From an uncultured Ignavibacteria bacterium (GTDB lineage Bacteria > Bacteroidota > Ignavibacteria > Ignavibacteriales > Ignavibacteriaceae), in assembly GCA_963713505.1 (NCBI GenBank), contig CAVQMC010000001.1:29171-93170 (forward strand): a stretch of 64,000 bases of DNA. The letters are read 5' to 3'. The notes under the pieces were generated by a model. That model saw nothing but the letters and a program-made list of their open reading frames with translations. It ran no database searches and was not told the origin of the DNA. This document shows positions 19,114-29,536 of the stretch, piece after piece (the first letter of the stretch is position 1; every line of letters begins with the position of its first letter). The translations under genes were made by a program, and so were the position numbers.

Positions 19114-19870
19114 ATGTCCGGCAAAAAAATAAAAGCAATAATTATTGATGACGAAAAACTCGCAAGAGATATCGTAAAAAAATATCTTTCATCAAATTCA
19201 GATATTGAAATAATATCCGAGTGTTCGAACGGATTTGAAGCTGTAAAAGAGATTAATGATAAATCTCCCGATCTTATTTTTCTCGATATACAAATGCCGA
19301 AAATATCCGGTTTCGAAATGCTGGAACTATTAGAAAATCCGCCTGCGATTATTTTTACAACTGCTTTCGATCAATATGCAATAAAAGCATTTGAATTAAA
19401 TGCTATAGATTATTTATTGAAACCTTTTTCATTAGAAAGATTTAATGAAGCAGTTCAAAAAGCGTTGGATAGAATTCAGGATAAAAACTTTAGCAAAAAA
19501 AGTTGCTGAGGATATTCAAAAACATAACGAACAGAACATTGAATATCTGGAAAGAATTGTTGTAAAAGACAGAAGCAATATTTTTGTTATTCCGGTCGAT
19601 TCGGTCCAGTGGTTTGAAGCTCAGGATGATTATGTAATGATTCATTCAAATGAAGGGAATTATTTAAAACAGAAAACTATGAAATTTTTTGAAGATCACT
19701 TAAACCCGAATGATTTCATAAGAATACACAGGTCTTACATTGCTGCATTAAAAGAAATAAAAAAAATAGAATTGATGGAAAAAGAAACCTACAGAGTGAT
19801 TTTAATTGATGATACTAAGTTATCAGTTAGCAAAAGCGGCTACAACAAATTAAAACAATTGTTTAAATAA
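19114..19870 (+). pseudogene. LytR/AlgR-family response regulator (REC + LytTR), one frameshift in an A7 run
   Basis: The REC domain (IIDDE...FLDIQMP...LLKP) ends at 19509. The LytTR domain (RIVVKDRSNIFVIPVDSVQWFEAQDDYV...IHRSYI) continues in another frame. The junction reads ...DKNFSKK/VAEDIQ across A7 at 19495..19501. Confidence 0.8.
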
Positions 19871-19896
19871 TTTATATTTTTATTTAATAAAATATT

Positions 19897-19929
19897 ACAG
19901 CCTTATGCAAAAACATAAGGCTGTTTTTT
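19897..19929 (+). terminator. rho-independent terminator after the two-component operon
   Basis: Stem CAGCCTTATG / CATAAGGCTG with a 6-nt loop, followed by T7. Confidence 0.8.
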
Positions 19930-20657
19930 TAATAGGCAGGGCTTAAAACTTCTGAGAATTTTATTCTGACTGTATCAGCAATAATTTTTGCAGCCTCAAA
20001 ATAAGTAAACAAACTGGTATTTATAATCAAATGATAATGAAACAGTTCTTCAATATCTCTATAGAAAAATGATTTCACATAATTTCGTCTAGCTTTGTCT
20101 TCTCTTTTAATATACTCCAATGCTTGTTTATCATCAAAATTAAATATTTCTTTTATATGTTTAATTCTGTTTTCAATTGGAGCAATTAATCTGATGTGAA
20201 ATGCATTTTTTAATTTTGCTGTAATAACTCCGGATCCGCGTCCTACTATTATAACGTTTCCCATTCTTGCAAGCTGCAAAATAGTTGCAGTTGTTTTTTG
20301 AACAATATTCCATTGTGAAGTTTTAACCCCTAAAAGATCCGCAACTATGGAATCCATATCGGAAAGTTTGTCCTCTGCCATATATTTTAAAACCATTTCC
20401 GGCAGGTTATGGTCCTGAATAACTCTTTCGATCAGGTTTTTATCGAAGTAAGTCCAATTGCAGGTACATTCATCTCCGTATTCATTCAAAATATCTGCGA
20501 GATACTGACCGATCTTATCGGCGCCCGCTCCAACTTGACGAGAAATTGTTATACATGGGCAGGGATTTTTCTTTTTGAAATAAGTTGATTCCTCGGAGGC
20601 TTTTGAATGAGCTTCGATGTAGAGTCTGCATTTTTCATAGGGACCGATGACTTTCAT
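19929..20657 (-). CDS. cytidylate kinase-like family protein
   Basis: 242 aa. The ITISRQVGAGADKIGQYLA P-loop-like segment and overall pattern match the cytidylate-kinase-like (AAA_28/PF13189-type) family. Function unknown. Confidence 0.55.
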   Translation of the reverse strand: MKVIGPYEKCRLYIEAHSKASEESTYFKKKNPCPCITISRQVGAGADKIGQYLADILNEYGDECTCNWTYFDKNLIERVIQDHNLPEMVLKYMAEDKLSDMDSIVADLLGVKTSQWNIVQKTTATILQLARMGNVIIVGRGSGVITAKLKNAFHIRLIAPIENRIKHIKEIFNFDDKQALEYIKREDKARRNYVKSFFYRDIEELFHYHLIINTSLFTYFEAAKIIADTVRIKFSEVLSPAY

Positions 20658-20774
20658 TATGCGCCCCTTCTTTTTATTGTTAATAAATGCAGGAAGTTGA
20701 AAATTGTCTATATATAATTTAAAATTTAGTAACTAAGTTTCAATATTATTGATAACAATAAGAAGAAATTAATT

Positions 20775-22276
20775 TCACACTTGATTTAGTTCTTCTTTTT
20801 CATGTGAAAGTTTAAACCAGCTTTTTATTGTTTCTAACTCTTTGCCGTTTGTTAAAATATTAAAAAATTCGTTTTTCGAAGATTCGTACCTGTAATCTGT
20901 TTGCCATTTATTAACATTTTTAACAATTTCATTTATTGCATTTGTTATTTGATAAATATCATCATTTGTCATTGTGGGATGAATAGATAACCTAACCCAG
21001 CCGGGTTTTTCAGATAAATCACCGTGATTAATTTTGTCGGTTATATGCTGTGAAGTTTCTTTATCAACGTGAAGCAAATAATGGCCGTAAGTTCCGGCGC
21101 ATGAACAACCTCCTCTTACCTGAACTCCATATCGGTCATTCAACAATTTTACAATCAAATTATAATGAATATTATCTACATAAAACGAAATTGCTCCGAG
21201 TCTGTTTTCTATATTATCTGCAAGAATATGCAATCCTGGAATTTTTCTTAATTCAGTAAAAGCTATTTTTACTAACTCCTCTTCCCTCTCTCTCATTTGT
21301 GCAATTCCCATTTCTTCTTTCAGCTTAATGCAAAATGCAGCTTTAATTGTTTGAAGAAAAGCAGGAGTTCCGCCGTCTTCTCTTGCTTCAATATTATTAA
21401 CAAATTTATGCTGTCCCCAGGGATTTGTCCAATCAACAGTACCGCCGCCGGGATTATCCGGAATTTTATTTTTATATAATTTGAGAATCGAAAATTAAAA
21501 CACCTGAAGTTCCGGGTCCGCCGAGAAATTTGTGAGGAGAAAAGAAAATTGCATCCAGTTTTTTTAAAGGATCTTCAGGATGCATATCAATTTTTACATA
21601 AGGAGCAGAACACGCAAAATCAACAAAACAATAACCGCCGTGTTCATGCATTATTTTTGCTAATTCATAGTAATGGTGCTTCAATTCCTGTAACATTTGA
21701 GCAAGCAGTAAATGAACCTATTTTTAGTTCTCTGTCTTTATATTTTATAATTTGTTTTTTAAAGTCACCTATATCTACCAACCCTTCGCTATCCGGTGCT
21801 ATAACAACAACATCCGCAATTGTTTCCAGCCATGATGTTTGATTTGAATGATGTTCCATGTGAGTTATAAAAACAACAGGCCTAAGGTTTTCAGGAATAT
21901 TTAAATAATTTTTTAGTTGTTCAGGTAGTTTTAATCCCAAAATTCTCTGCCATTTATTTACCATTCCGGTCATACCGGAACCGGCAGTAATTATCATATC
22001 ATCTTTGCCGGCATTGCAGTGTTCTTTTATTATTTTATGTGCTTCATGATATGCAAGAGTCATAGTTGTTCCGGTAACACTAGCTTCAGAATGAGTGTTT
22101 CCTACATAAGGACCGAAAGTTTCACACATTATCTTTTCAATCGGTTCATATAATCTTCCGCTGGCAATCCAATCAGCATAAATTAATTTTTGTCTGCCGT
22201 AAGGTGTTTCGAAAAACGTATCAAAACCGACTGTCTTTTTTCTGAACGGCTCAAAATGTTTTTCTAAATTTGTCAT
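20775..22276 (-). pseudogene. aminotransferase class V-fold PLP-dependent enzyme, two frameshifts
   Basis: Three ORF fragments (22276..21665, 21696..21472, about 21490..20775) read through as one protein: ...SNVTGIEAP/YYELAKIMHEHGGYCFVDFA...SPHKFLGGPGTSGVLIFDS/KLYKNKIPDNPGGGTVDWTNPWG.... ATG at 22276 is preceded by AGGAG. Confidence 0.75.
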
Positions 22277-22439
22277 AATATCTCCTGCATACAATTCATT
22301 TAATTATAATAAAATATAATGATTTTAGTTGTGAATTACAGGTAAATTTTTGATGATTAATAGGTAATTTTTATGAAATTTTATAATTAAATACACTATT
22401 TGTTTTTATATTATAACATAAATAATAAAAATTATTTTT

Positions 22440-23369
22440 ATGAAATATTTAATCGGAATTGAAGGCGGCGCGACAAAATCTACTTGTGTATTAGCGGATT
22501 TAAAAGGTAATCCTTTATTTAAATGCGAAGGCGGACCTACAAACTTTTTGGTTTATGGTGAAGAAAAAGTTTGCGAGAATCTATTCAAATTGATTGAAAA
22601 AAGTACAAAGAGTCAAAAATCAAATACTTCTAAAGTTAATTGCATTGTTCTTGGAACCGCCGGAGCGGGAAGAGAAAAAGATGCAAACGGATTTGAAGAA
22701 TATTTTATTAAATACTGCAATAATATTGGAGTCGAAATTAATTCATTTAAAGTTTACAGCGACGCAAGGATTTCTTTGGAAGCTGCATTTGAAGGAAGAG
22801 AAGGCGGCATTATAATTTCCGGAACAGGCTCAATTATGATGAGCAAAGATAAAGACGGAAACATTTATAGAGTTGGGGGTTTCGGCAGATTAGTCGGAGA
22901 TGAAGGCAGCGGATATTCTATCGGAAGAAAAGGATTAAAGGCTGTTTCAAAATTTTTTGACGGAAGAGGTGATACAACTTTAATCTCTAAATTAATTGCA
23001 AATCACCTTAAAATAACAAGTATAGATGAATTTATTGACAAACTTTATAAAGATAATTTAGATATTGCTTCGGTTGCTCAGCATGTTATTTATTCAGCAA
23101 AAAAAGGTGATGAAGTTTCCCTAAAAATAATAAATGAAGAAGTAAACGAATTACTGCTTCATATTAAAGCAATGCTTAAAAAGATGGAAACAACCGAACT
23201 TAATATAGTTCTTCTCGGTGGAATTTTATCAAAAGAAAATTATTTCACGGAAAAATTTAAAAAGAATATATCCGAAGAGTTTAAAGGAGTAAATATTAAA
23301 GAGCCTAAAGTCTCGCCTGTAATGGGAGCGGTTTTAATTGCAAAGAAAATAGCTCAAACAATAAAATAA
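22440..23369 (+). CDS. BadF/BadG/BcrA/BcrD-type ATPase, N-acetylglucosamine kinase-like
   Basis: N-terminal IGIEGGATKST and central ISGTGS...GGFGRLVGDEGSGYSIG motifs of the ASKHA-fold GlcNAc kinase family. Confidence 0.75.
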   Translation: MKYLIGIEGGATKSTCVLADLKGNPLFKCEGGPTNFLVYGEEKVCENLFKLIEKSTKSQKSNTSKVNCIVLGTAGAGREKDANGFEEYFIKYCNNIGVEINSFKVYSDARISLEAAFEGREGGIIISGTGSIMMSKDKDGNIYRVGGFGRLVGDEGSGYSIGRKGLKAVSKFFDGRGDTTLISKLIANHLKITSIDEFIDKLYKDNLDIASVAQHVIYSAKKGDEVSLKIINEEVNELLLHIKAMLKKMETTELNIVLLGGILSKENYFTEKFKKNISEEFKGVNIKEPKVSPVMGAVLIAKKIAQTIK

Positions 23370-23394
23370 TTTTCCTCTTTTACATTCATTCATT

Positions 23395-25260
23395 ATGAAA
23401 GAAAAAAAACAATTTAGAAACCCCTGGGCTTGGATACCAACCTTATATTTTGCAGAAGGCTTGCCGTATATAGTTGTTATGTCGGTTTCGGTTATAATGT
23501 ACAAAAGTCTTGGAATTTCTAACACAGACATTGCTTTATATACAAGCTGGCTTTATTTACCCTGGGTTATTAAACCGCTTTGGAGCCCGATAGTCGATAT
23601 ACTAAAAACCAAACGCTATTGGATTGTTTTAATGCAGTTTTTTGTTGGGGTGGGTCTTGCAGGAGTTGCTTTAACAATCCCGGTTTCTAATTTCTTTCAA
23701 TACACTTTAGCATTTTTCTGGCTTTTAGCATTTAGTTCTGCTACACATGATATTTCTGCAGATGGTTTTTACATGCTTGGACTAAATGAACATGATCAAG
23801 CATGGTTTGTTGGAATCCGGAATACATTTTATAGAATAGCTTTTATAACCGGACAAGGACTGCTTGTAATTTTAGCAGGCTATGTACAAAGCCACAGCGG
23901 TTTGCAGACAGTTGGTATAAATGTTTTTTCAAATCCGTCGAAAAATATAGAACAGTTTGTTAACCCGAAGGAAGTAAAATTTAATATTGAAAGTTCAAAT
24001 CTTGTAATACTGCATAAACCTTCAAATTTAAATATCAGTACAAAACATAGAAGCAAGAAAGAAGTTGATTCAATATTTACTTTTGCAAAAAACTGGAATG
24101 AAAAAAATGGATTCTACCAAAATAAAACTTCAGAAAAAGAAATAAATAATGAATCGGAAGCACCATCCTGGTGGGAAAAAAATATTACTCTTAAACTTGA
24201 AGACTTTTTAAAAAACAATTTCGGTAAAGAAAAACAAACTAGTTTGCTTAAAGATTCAACCGGGAACATCGGAATAATTTATTTTAGATTATCAAAAGAA
24301 CCGGAAGGCAAAGTTGTTGTAAATTTTGGAAGAGAATCCGGTGACAATAGTTTTTCTTTAGTTGAAGGTTCAAGATTAATATTTAATAAATCTAATTGGA
24401 ATAAACCGGCAATCGCAGTCGTTCAGCTTGATCCAAAATTAAATTTTATATCATCAGCATTCTTTCAGGCAAAAGCTGGTAATATTCCATTGGCCTGGAT
24501 AGTTACATTTATAGTTTTAACTGCTTTATTTGTATTTTTTGTTATTTATCATAAGTTCATGCTTCCCTACCCTGCTTCGGATAAACCAACTGTTGATTTA
24601 TCTTCTCAAAATGTTTTAAAGGAATTCTTTAATACATTTCTTCTGTTTTTCAAAAAAGAAAAGATAGGAATAATTTTAGCTTTTCTTCTGCTTTATCGTT
24701 TTGGTGAAGCCCAATTAGTAAAAATTGCTTCACCGTTTTTATTAGATACTCATGAAGCCGGCGGATTAGCTTTAACTTTAGGACAAGTGGGATTTGTTTA
24801 CGGAACTGTTGGAATTATTGCATTAACTCTTGGCGGAATTTTAGGCGGATTTCTTGCCGCAAAACAAGGATTAAAATACTGGATGTGGTGGATGATTGCA
24901 GCTATAAATATTCCGGATATAGTTTATGTTTATTTATCTTATACACATTCTGTTAACTTTTTTATAATAAATATCATGGTTGCTTTAGAACAATTCGGTT
25001 ACGGTTTCGGATTTACGGCTTATGCATTGTTTTTAATTTATGTCGCGAAAGGTGAACATAAAACTTCTCACTACGCAATTGCAACAGGATTTATGGCTTT
25101 AGGTATGATGATCCCCGGTATGTTCAGCGGCTGGCTGCAGGAATTAATCGGTTATCAGCATTATTTTATTTGGGTATGCATTTCAACTATACCAGCATTT
25201 ATAATTACATTTTTTATTCCGCTTGATAATGATTTTGGTAAAAAACAAACTGTTAAATAA
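23395..25260 (+). CDS. ampG: AmpG-like MFS muropeptide permease with a large central insertion
   Basis: Shows an MFS/AmpG pattern (WAWIPTLYFAEGLPYIVVM, LYLPWVIKPLWSPIVD, ATHDISADGFY). About 195 hydrophilic residues (roughly aa 168-362) lie between the N- and C-terminal TM bundles. Confidence 0.7.
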   Translation: MKEKKQFRNPWAWIPTLYFAEGLPYIVVMSVSVIMYKSLGISNTDIALYTSWLYLPWVIKPLWSPIVDILKTKRYWIVLMQFFVGVGLAGVALTIPVSNFFQYTLAFFWLLAFSSATHDISADGFYMLGLNEHDQAWFVGIRNTFYRIAFITGQGLLVILAGYVQSHSGLQTVGINVFSNPSKNIEQFVNPKEVKFNIESSNLVILHKPSNLNISTKHRSKKEVDSIFTFAKNWNEKNGFYQNKTSEKEINNESEAPSWWEKNITLKLEDFLKNNFGKEKQTSLLKDSTGNIGIIYFRLSKEPEGKVVVNFGRESGDNSFSLVEGSRLIFNKSNWNKPAIAVVQLDPKLNFISSAFFQAKAGNIPLAWIVTFIVLTALFVFFVIYHKFMLPYPASDKPTVDLSSQNVLKEFFNTFLLFFKKEKIGIILAFLLLYRFGEAQLVKIASPFLLDTHEAGGLALTLGQVGFVYGTVGIIALTLGGILGGFLAAKQGLKYWMWWMIAAINIPDIVYVYLSYTHSVNFFIINIMVALEQFGYGFGFTAYALFLIYVAKGEHKTSHYAIATGFMALGMMIPGMFSGWLQELIGYQHYFIWVCISTIPAFIITFFIPLDNDFGKKQTVK

Positions 25261-25277
25261 AATATTTAGGATTAACT

Positions 25278-25580
25278 ATGAAACATTTTCTAATTTTAAT
25301 TAACTATATGGTTCCGCTTGAAAAAATTGAAGAAGTTCTTCCGATGCATAGATCATTTTTAAAAAGCCAATATGAAAAAGGGATTTGTTTATTCTCAGGA
25401 CCTAAAGTCCCAAGAACCGGAGGAATAATTGCAGCTCGTGCTGAATCGATAGAAAAAGCAAAAGAAATTTTTAGTCAGGATCCTTATTTATTAAATAATG
25501 TTGCAGAACATGAATATATTGAATTTAATCCTGTTAATAGACAAGAATTTTTAGAATCATGGATTACCGGTGAAAAATAG
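25278..25580 (+). CDS. YciI-family protein
   Basis: 100 aa. The size and pattern (H..FL......G....SGP.........II......A.......DPY) fit the YciI-like fold. Confidence 0.65.
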   Translation: MKHFLILINYMVPLEKIEEVLPMHRSFLKSQYEKGICLFSGPKVPRTGGIIAARAESIEKAKEIFSQDPYLLNNVAEHEYIEFNPVNRQEFLESWITGEK

Positions 25581-25663
25581 ATTTAATAATTGCCGTTTAA
25601 CAATCAATACTTATTTCTTTTAATATATTTTAATATTTTATATTAAAATAAAACGAAAAAATT

Positions 25664-25858
25664 ATGAGTGAAAAAACATTAAAACGTTCTAAAAATTCAA
25701 TGATAGCCGGAGTCTGCGGAGGTATTGCAGAATGGCTTGGCTGGGATCCGACAATCGTAAGAGTCGGTTATGTAATTTTATCAATTGTTAGTGCAGCTTT
25801 CCCCGGAATTTTAGTTTATCTCATTCTCTGGGCTGTTATTCCCCCTCCTGATGCTTAG
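25664..25858 (+). CDS. PspC-domain membrane protein
   Basis: RSKNSMIAGVCGGIAEWLGWDPTIVRV followed by one TM helix, the canonical PspC domain. Confidence 0.8.
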   Translation: MSEKTLKRSKNSMIAGVCGGIAEWLGWDPTIVRVGYVILSIVSAAFPGILVYLILWAVIPPPDA

Positions 25859-25882
25859 ATTTTATATTTAAAGGAAGCTGAT

Positions 25883-27007
25883 ATGTTAAATATATTTCGT
25901 AAAACTTTTATCATACTATTTTCTCTATCGATTTTGTTTACAAATATTTTTTGTGATTCATCCCCTAACACATCGCGATATAATTTAGGTATAAAACTTC
26001 CACCTGGTTTTAAAATCGAAGTATATGCAGCTAATGTGCCGGGAGCAAGATCAATGGCATTAGGTCCAAAAGGAGTTTTATTTGTTGGAACCCGCGGGCA
26101 AGGGAAAGTTTATGCTGTCATCGATACAAATAATGATCAAAAAGCTGATCAAGTTAATGCAATTTTAAATAATTTAAATTCACCAAACGGTGTTGCTTAT
26201 AAAGACGGAGATTTATATGTAGCCGAAATAAATAGAGTCTTAAGATTCAATAATATAATGAAAGGTGTAAAACAACCAATAATTATAAATGATAGTTTTC
26301 CAGGTGCAAGACACCATGGCTGGAAGTTTATAAGATTTGGTCCGGATAACAAATTATACGTCCCTGTTGGGGCCCCGTGTAATATCTGTTTAAGTCAGGA
26401 TGAAAGATATGCTTCTATAATGAGAATGAATCCTGATGGAACTAATCTTGAAGTGTTTGCTCATGGAGTTAGAAATACAGTCGGGTTTGACTGGAACCCA
26501 AGAACAAATGTTCTTTGGTTCACAGATAACGGAAGAGATATGCTGGGAGATAATATTCCTCCCGATGAATTAAACCGCGCACCAAATAAAGGAATGCACT
26601 TTGGTTATCCATTTATGCATGGGAAAAATATTCGCGATCCTGAATTTGGTCAAGGTGTAGATTTAAGTAAATATACTCCTCCTGTCCAGGAACTTGGTCC
26701 GCACGTTGCATCACTTGGTATGAGGTTTTATACAGGGGATATGTTTCCTGCCGAATATAAAAATCAAATTTTTATTGCTGAACATGGATCGTGGAATAGA
26801 AGTCAAAAAATTGGTTACAGAGTTTCATTAGTTAGAATTGATTCCAATAATAATCCAATTAGCTATGAACCTTTTGCAGAAGGCTGGCTCAATGGTAGTT
26901 CTGTTTCCGGAAGACCTGTAGATGTTCAGGTTATGCCGGACGGAGCTTTATTGGTTTCGGATGATTATGCCGGGGTTATTTACAGAATAAGTTATTCAAA
27001 AAATTAA
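25883..27007 (+). CDS. PQQ-dependent sugar (sorbosone/glucose) dehydrogenase-family beta-propeller
   Basis: Signal peptide. NSPNGVAY, HGVRNTVGFDWNP, WFTDNGRD and PPDELN blocks are typical of the soluble GSDH/sorbosone dehydrogenase family. Confidence 0.8.
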   Translation: MLNIFRKTFIILFSLSILFTNIFCDSSPNTSRYNLGIKLPPGFKIEVYAANVPGARSMALGPKGVLFVGTRGQGKVYAVIDTNNDQKADQVNAILNNLNSPNGVAYKDGDLYVAEINRVLRFNNIMKGVKQPIIINDSFPGARHHGWKFIRFGPDNKLYVPVGAPCNICLSQDERYASIMRMNPDGTNLEVFAHGVRNTVGFDWNPRTNVLWFTDNGRDMLGDNIPPDELNRAPNKGMHFGYPFMHGKNIRDPEFGQGVDLSKYTPPVQELGPHVASLGMRFYTGDMFPAEYKNQIFIAEHGSWNRSQKIGYRVSLVRIDSNNNPISYEPFAEGWLNGSSVSGRPVDVQVMPDGALLVSDDYAGVIYRISYSKN

Positions 27008-27168
27008 AACATTATTAAATAAGTATTTATTGAAATGAATTTAAATTTATATTGAATAATTATTAAGACTAAACAAAATGATCTCATTCACATCATCGTT
27101 TAATTTTCCATCCTTTGTAAAACATATTTTGTAATTTTGTATTGTAAATAAATTTAAAGGGAGTATTA

Positions 27169-28497
27169 TTGGATAATTTTCTCGCTGCCAGATTAACTAT
27201 GTCGGTTTCTCTTGGATTTCATATAATCTTTGCGTGTATTGGAATGACTATGCCCTTTTTAATGGTTATTTCTCATTGGTTTTATATCAAAAAAAATAAT
27301 GATATTTATTTACAACTTACAAAAGCCTGGTCTAAAGGTGTTGCAATATTTTTTGCTGTAGGGGCTGTTTCAGGAACTGCACTTTCATTTGAATTAGGTT
27401 TATTGTGGCCAGGTTTTATGAAACACGCCGGTGCAATAATCGGAATGCCTTTCAGCTGGGAGGGAACTGCTTTTTTTGTAGAAGCAATATTTATTGGAAT
27501 TTTTCTATACGGCTGGGATAGAATAAATAAATATATTCATTGGATCTCAGGTTTATTAGTTGGTGTATCGGGTGTATTATCCGGAATTTTTGTTGTTTCG
27601 GCAAATGCATGGATGAACGCTCCTGCCGGGTTTGATTGGGTGAACGGTAAAGCAATAAATATCGATCCGGTTGCTGCAATGTTCAATGCAGCATTTTTAA
27701 GCGAAGCTTCACATATGATAATTGCTGCTTTTGTTGCTACCTCATTTGCTGTTGCTGGTCTGCATGCTTTTTTATTGTTAAAAAATAAAAACCATGAATT
27801 ACATAAAAAGGCATTTATAATTGCTTTAGCTTTTGGAAGCATATTTGCAATAATTCAGCCTTTAAGCGGAGATTTTACTGCAAAAGATGTTGCTAAAAGA
27901 CAACCCATTAAACTTGCAGCTATGGAAGGATTATTCCAAACACAAAAAGGAGCGGGGCTAACAATCGGCGGTATTCCAAATGAAACTAGTGAAGAAACCA
28001 ACTTAGGGATAAAAATTCCACATTTATTGAGCTTTTTAGCTTATGGTGATTTTAAAGCCGAAGTTCAGGGTTTAAAAGATTTTCCAAAAGAATTGTGGCC
28101 CCCCGTTCTAATTGTTCATCTTGCATTTCAATTTATGGTAGGAATTGGAACTTTACTTGCAGCAATAAGTGTTTTATTCTGGATATTTAGATTTAAATGG
28201 AAGAACGCACTTACTAATTCTAAATTTCTAAAACTTGTAGCATTATGCACACCGTTAGGTTTTATAGCTGTAGAAGCCGGATGGATTGTAACCGAAGTCG
28301 GAAGACAGCCATGGATAATTTATAATATTATGATGACTGCCGATGCAGTTACACCTGTCCCCGGACAAGTATTTCATTTATTAATTTTTACAATTATTTA
28401 TTTCATCCTTTCAATAGTTACATTTTGGCTGATGCGCAGACAAATTATAGTCCTTGATAATTACAACAATAAATTACCGGCAAAAGCAGAAGGTTAA
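27169..28497 (+). CDS. cydA: cytochrome bd-type quinol oxidase subunit I
   Basis: N-terminal LAARLTMSVSLGFHIIF, the GRQPW motif (VGRQPWIIYNIM) and a multi-TM profile. TTG start 7 nt after GGGAG. Confidence 0.9.
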   Translation: MDNFLAARLTMSVSLGFHIIFACIGMTMPFLMVISHWFYIKKNNDIYLQLTKAWSKGVAIFFAVGAVSGTALSFELGLLWPGFMKHAGAIIGMPFSWEGTAFFVEAIFIGIFLYGWDRINKYIHWISGLLVGVSGVLSGIFVVSANAWMNAPAGFDWVNGKAINIDPVAAMFNAAFLSEASHMIIAAFVATSFAVAGLHAFLLLKNKNHELHKKAFIIALAFGSIFAIIQPLSGDFTAKDVAKRQPIKLAAMEGLFQTQKGAGLTIGGIPNETSEETNLGIKIPHLLSFLAYGDFKAEVQGLKDFPKELWPPVLIVHLAFQFMVGIGTLLAAISVLFWIFRFKWKNALTNSKFLKLVALCTPLGFIAVEAGWIVTEVGRQPWIIYNIMMTADAVTPVPGQVFHLLIFTIIYFILSIVTFWLMRRQIIVLDNYNNKLPAKAEG

Positions 28498-28498
28498 C

Positions 28499-29533
28499 AT
28501 GATATACGTCGTTATAATATTTTTTTTAGTTTCTATTTATTTATATGCTTTACTGGGCGGTGCAGATTTTGGTGCCGGTATTGTTGAGCTATTTGCAAAA
28601 GGAGAAGGTAAAAATCATACAAAAGAATTAGTTTCGGAATCAATGGCTCCAATTTGGGAAGCTAACCATATGTGGCTTATTATTTCGGTTGTAATTCTTT
28701 TTAATGCTTTCCCGATTGTTTACAGTCAGGTTTCTATTTCACTCTATATTCCATTAATTTTATTACTTGTTGGAATTGTATTGCGCGGTTCTGCATTTAC
28801 ATTCAGACATTATGATGCAATTAAAGACAACTCACAAAATGTTTATACAAAAGTTTTCGAATATTCCAGTTTAATTGTTACATTCTTTTTTGGTTTAATA
28901 GTTGGCGCCATAGTTTCCGGTAAAATGACGGTTGAACCAACTACATTTATTGATGGCTATATATATCCATGGTTTAATTTATTTTCTATTTCAATCGGAG
29001 TTTTTGTTTGTTCACTCTTTGCTTTTATTGCATCTGTTTATCTTATAGGAGATTCTGCAACTTCGGAAATAAGAACAGAATTTATAAAAAAAGCTAAGAT
29101 TGCTACAATTGTTATGGTATTTGCGGGAGGACTGGTTTTTGTTTCTTCCATAATAGATAAAGTTTATTTCTTCGAAAAATTTTTTAATAATATTTTAAGT
29201 GTAATTTTAATTCTAGCAGCAACTGTTGCTTTACCATTGCTTTGGTATATTCTAAATAAAGGATACATCTGGTTATCCAGAATTCTTGCAGGAGCACAAC
29301 TTTTATTTATTTTAAGTGCGTTTTATGTTGTTTATTTTCCTAATCTTGTAATATTAAAAGATACTGAACCCCTGTCATTTTTTAACTCTGCTGCGGGAGA
29401 AAGCACATTAACATATTTGGGGTGGGCGTTAATAATTGGTTCTTTTATTATTTTCCCGTCCCTTTTCTATTTGTTTAGGATATTCACAGTTGAAAAGAAT
29501 AAAAAACTAATGATAAAAGAAAACCGTAAATAA
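28499..29533 (+). CDS. cydB: cytochrome bd-type quinol oxidase subunit II
   Basis: ATG at 28499, one base after the cydA stop. N-terminal LLGGADFGAGI plus WEANHMWLI motifs. The TTG at 28454 in the ORF track lies inside cydA and is less likely. Confidence 0.85.
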   Translation: MIYVVIIFFLVSIYLYALLGGADFGAGIVELFAKGEGKNHTKELVSESMAPIWEANHMWLIISVVILFNAFPIVYSQVSISLYIPLILLLVGIVLRGSAFTFRHYDAIKDNSQNVYTKVFEYSSLIVTFFFGLIVGAIVSGKMTVEPTTFIDGYIYPWFNLFSISIGVFVCSLFAFIASVYLIGDSATSEIRTEFIKKAKIATIVMVFAGGLVFVSSIIDKVYFFEKFFNNILSVILILAATVALPLLWYILNKGYIWLSRILAGAQLLFILSAFYVVYFPNLVILKDTEPLSFFNSAAGESTLTYLGWALIIGSFIIFPSLFYLFRIFTVEKNKKLMIKENRK

Positions 29534-29536
29534 TTT

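Noticed and set aside
22340-22378. Imperfect direct repeat AGGTAAATTTTTGATGA / AGGTAATTTTTATGAAA in the divergent promoter region between the aminotransferase and GlcNAc-kinase genes
   Set aside because: The match is imperfect and composed almost entirely of A/T in an AT-rich spacer. It is not distinguishable from chance by eye.
27491-27842. Minus-strand ORFs (62 and 101 aa) inside cydA
   Set aside because: Shadow ORFs opposite a well-supported cytochrome bd subunit I gene. No motifs or signals.
28454-28498. TTG start for cydB at 28454
   Set aside because: It overlaps the end of cydA. The ATG at 28499, directly after the cydA stop, gives the conserved N-terminus MIYVVIIFF..LLGGADFG.
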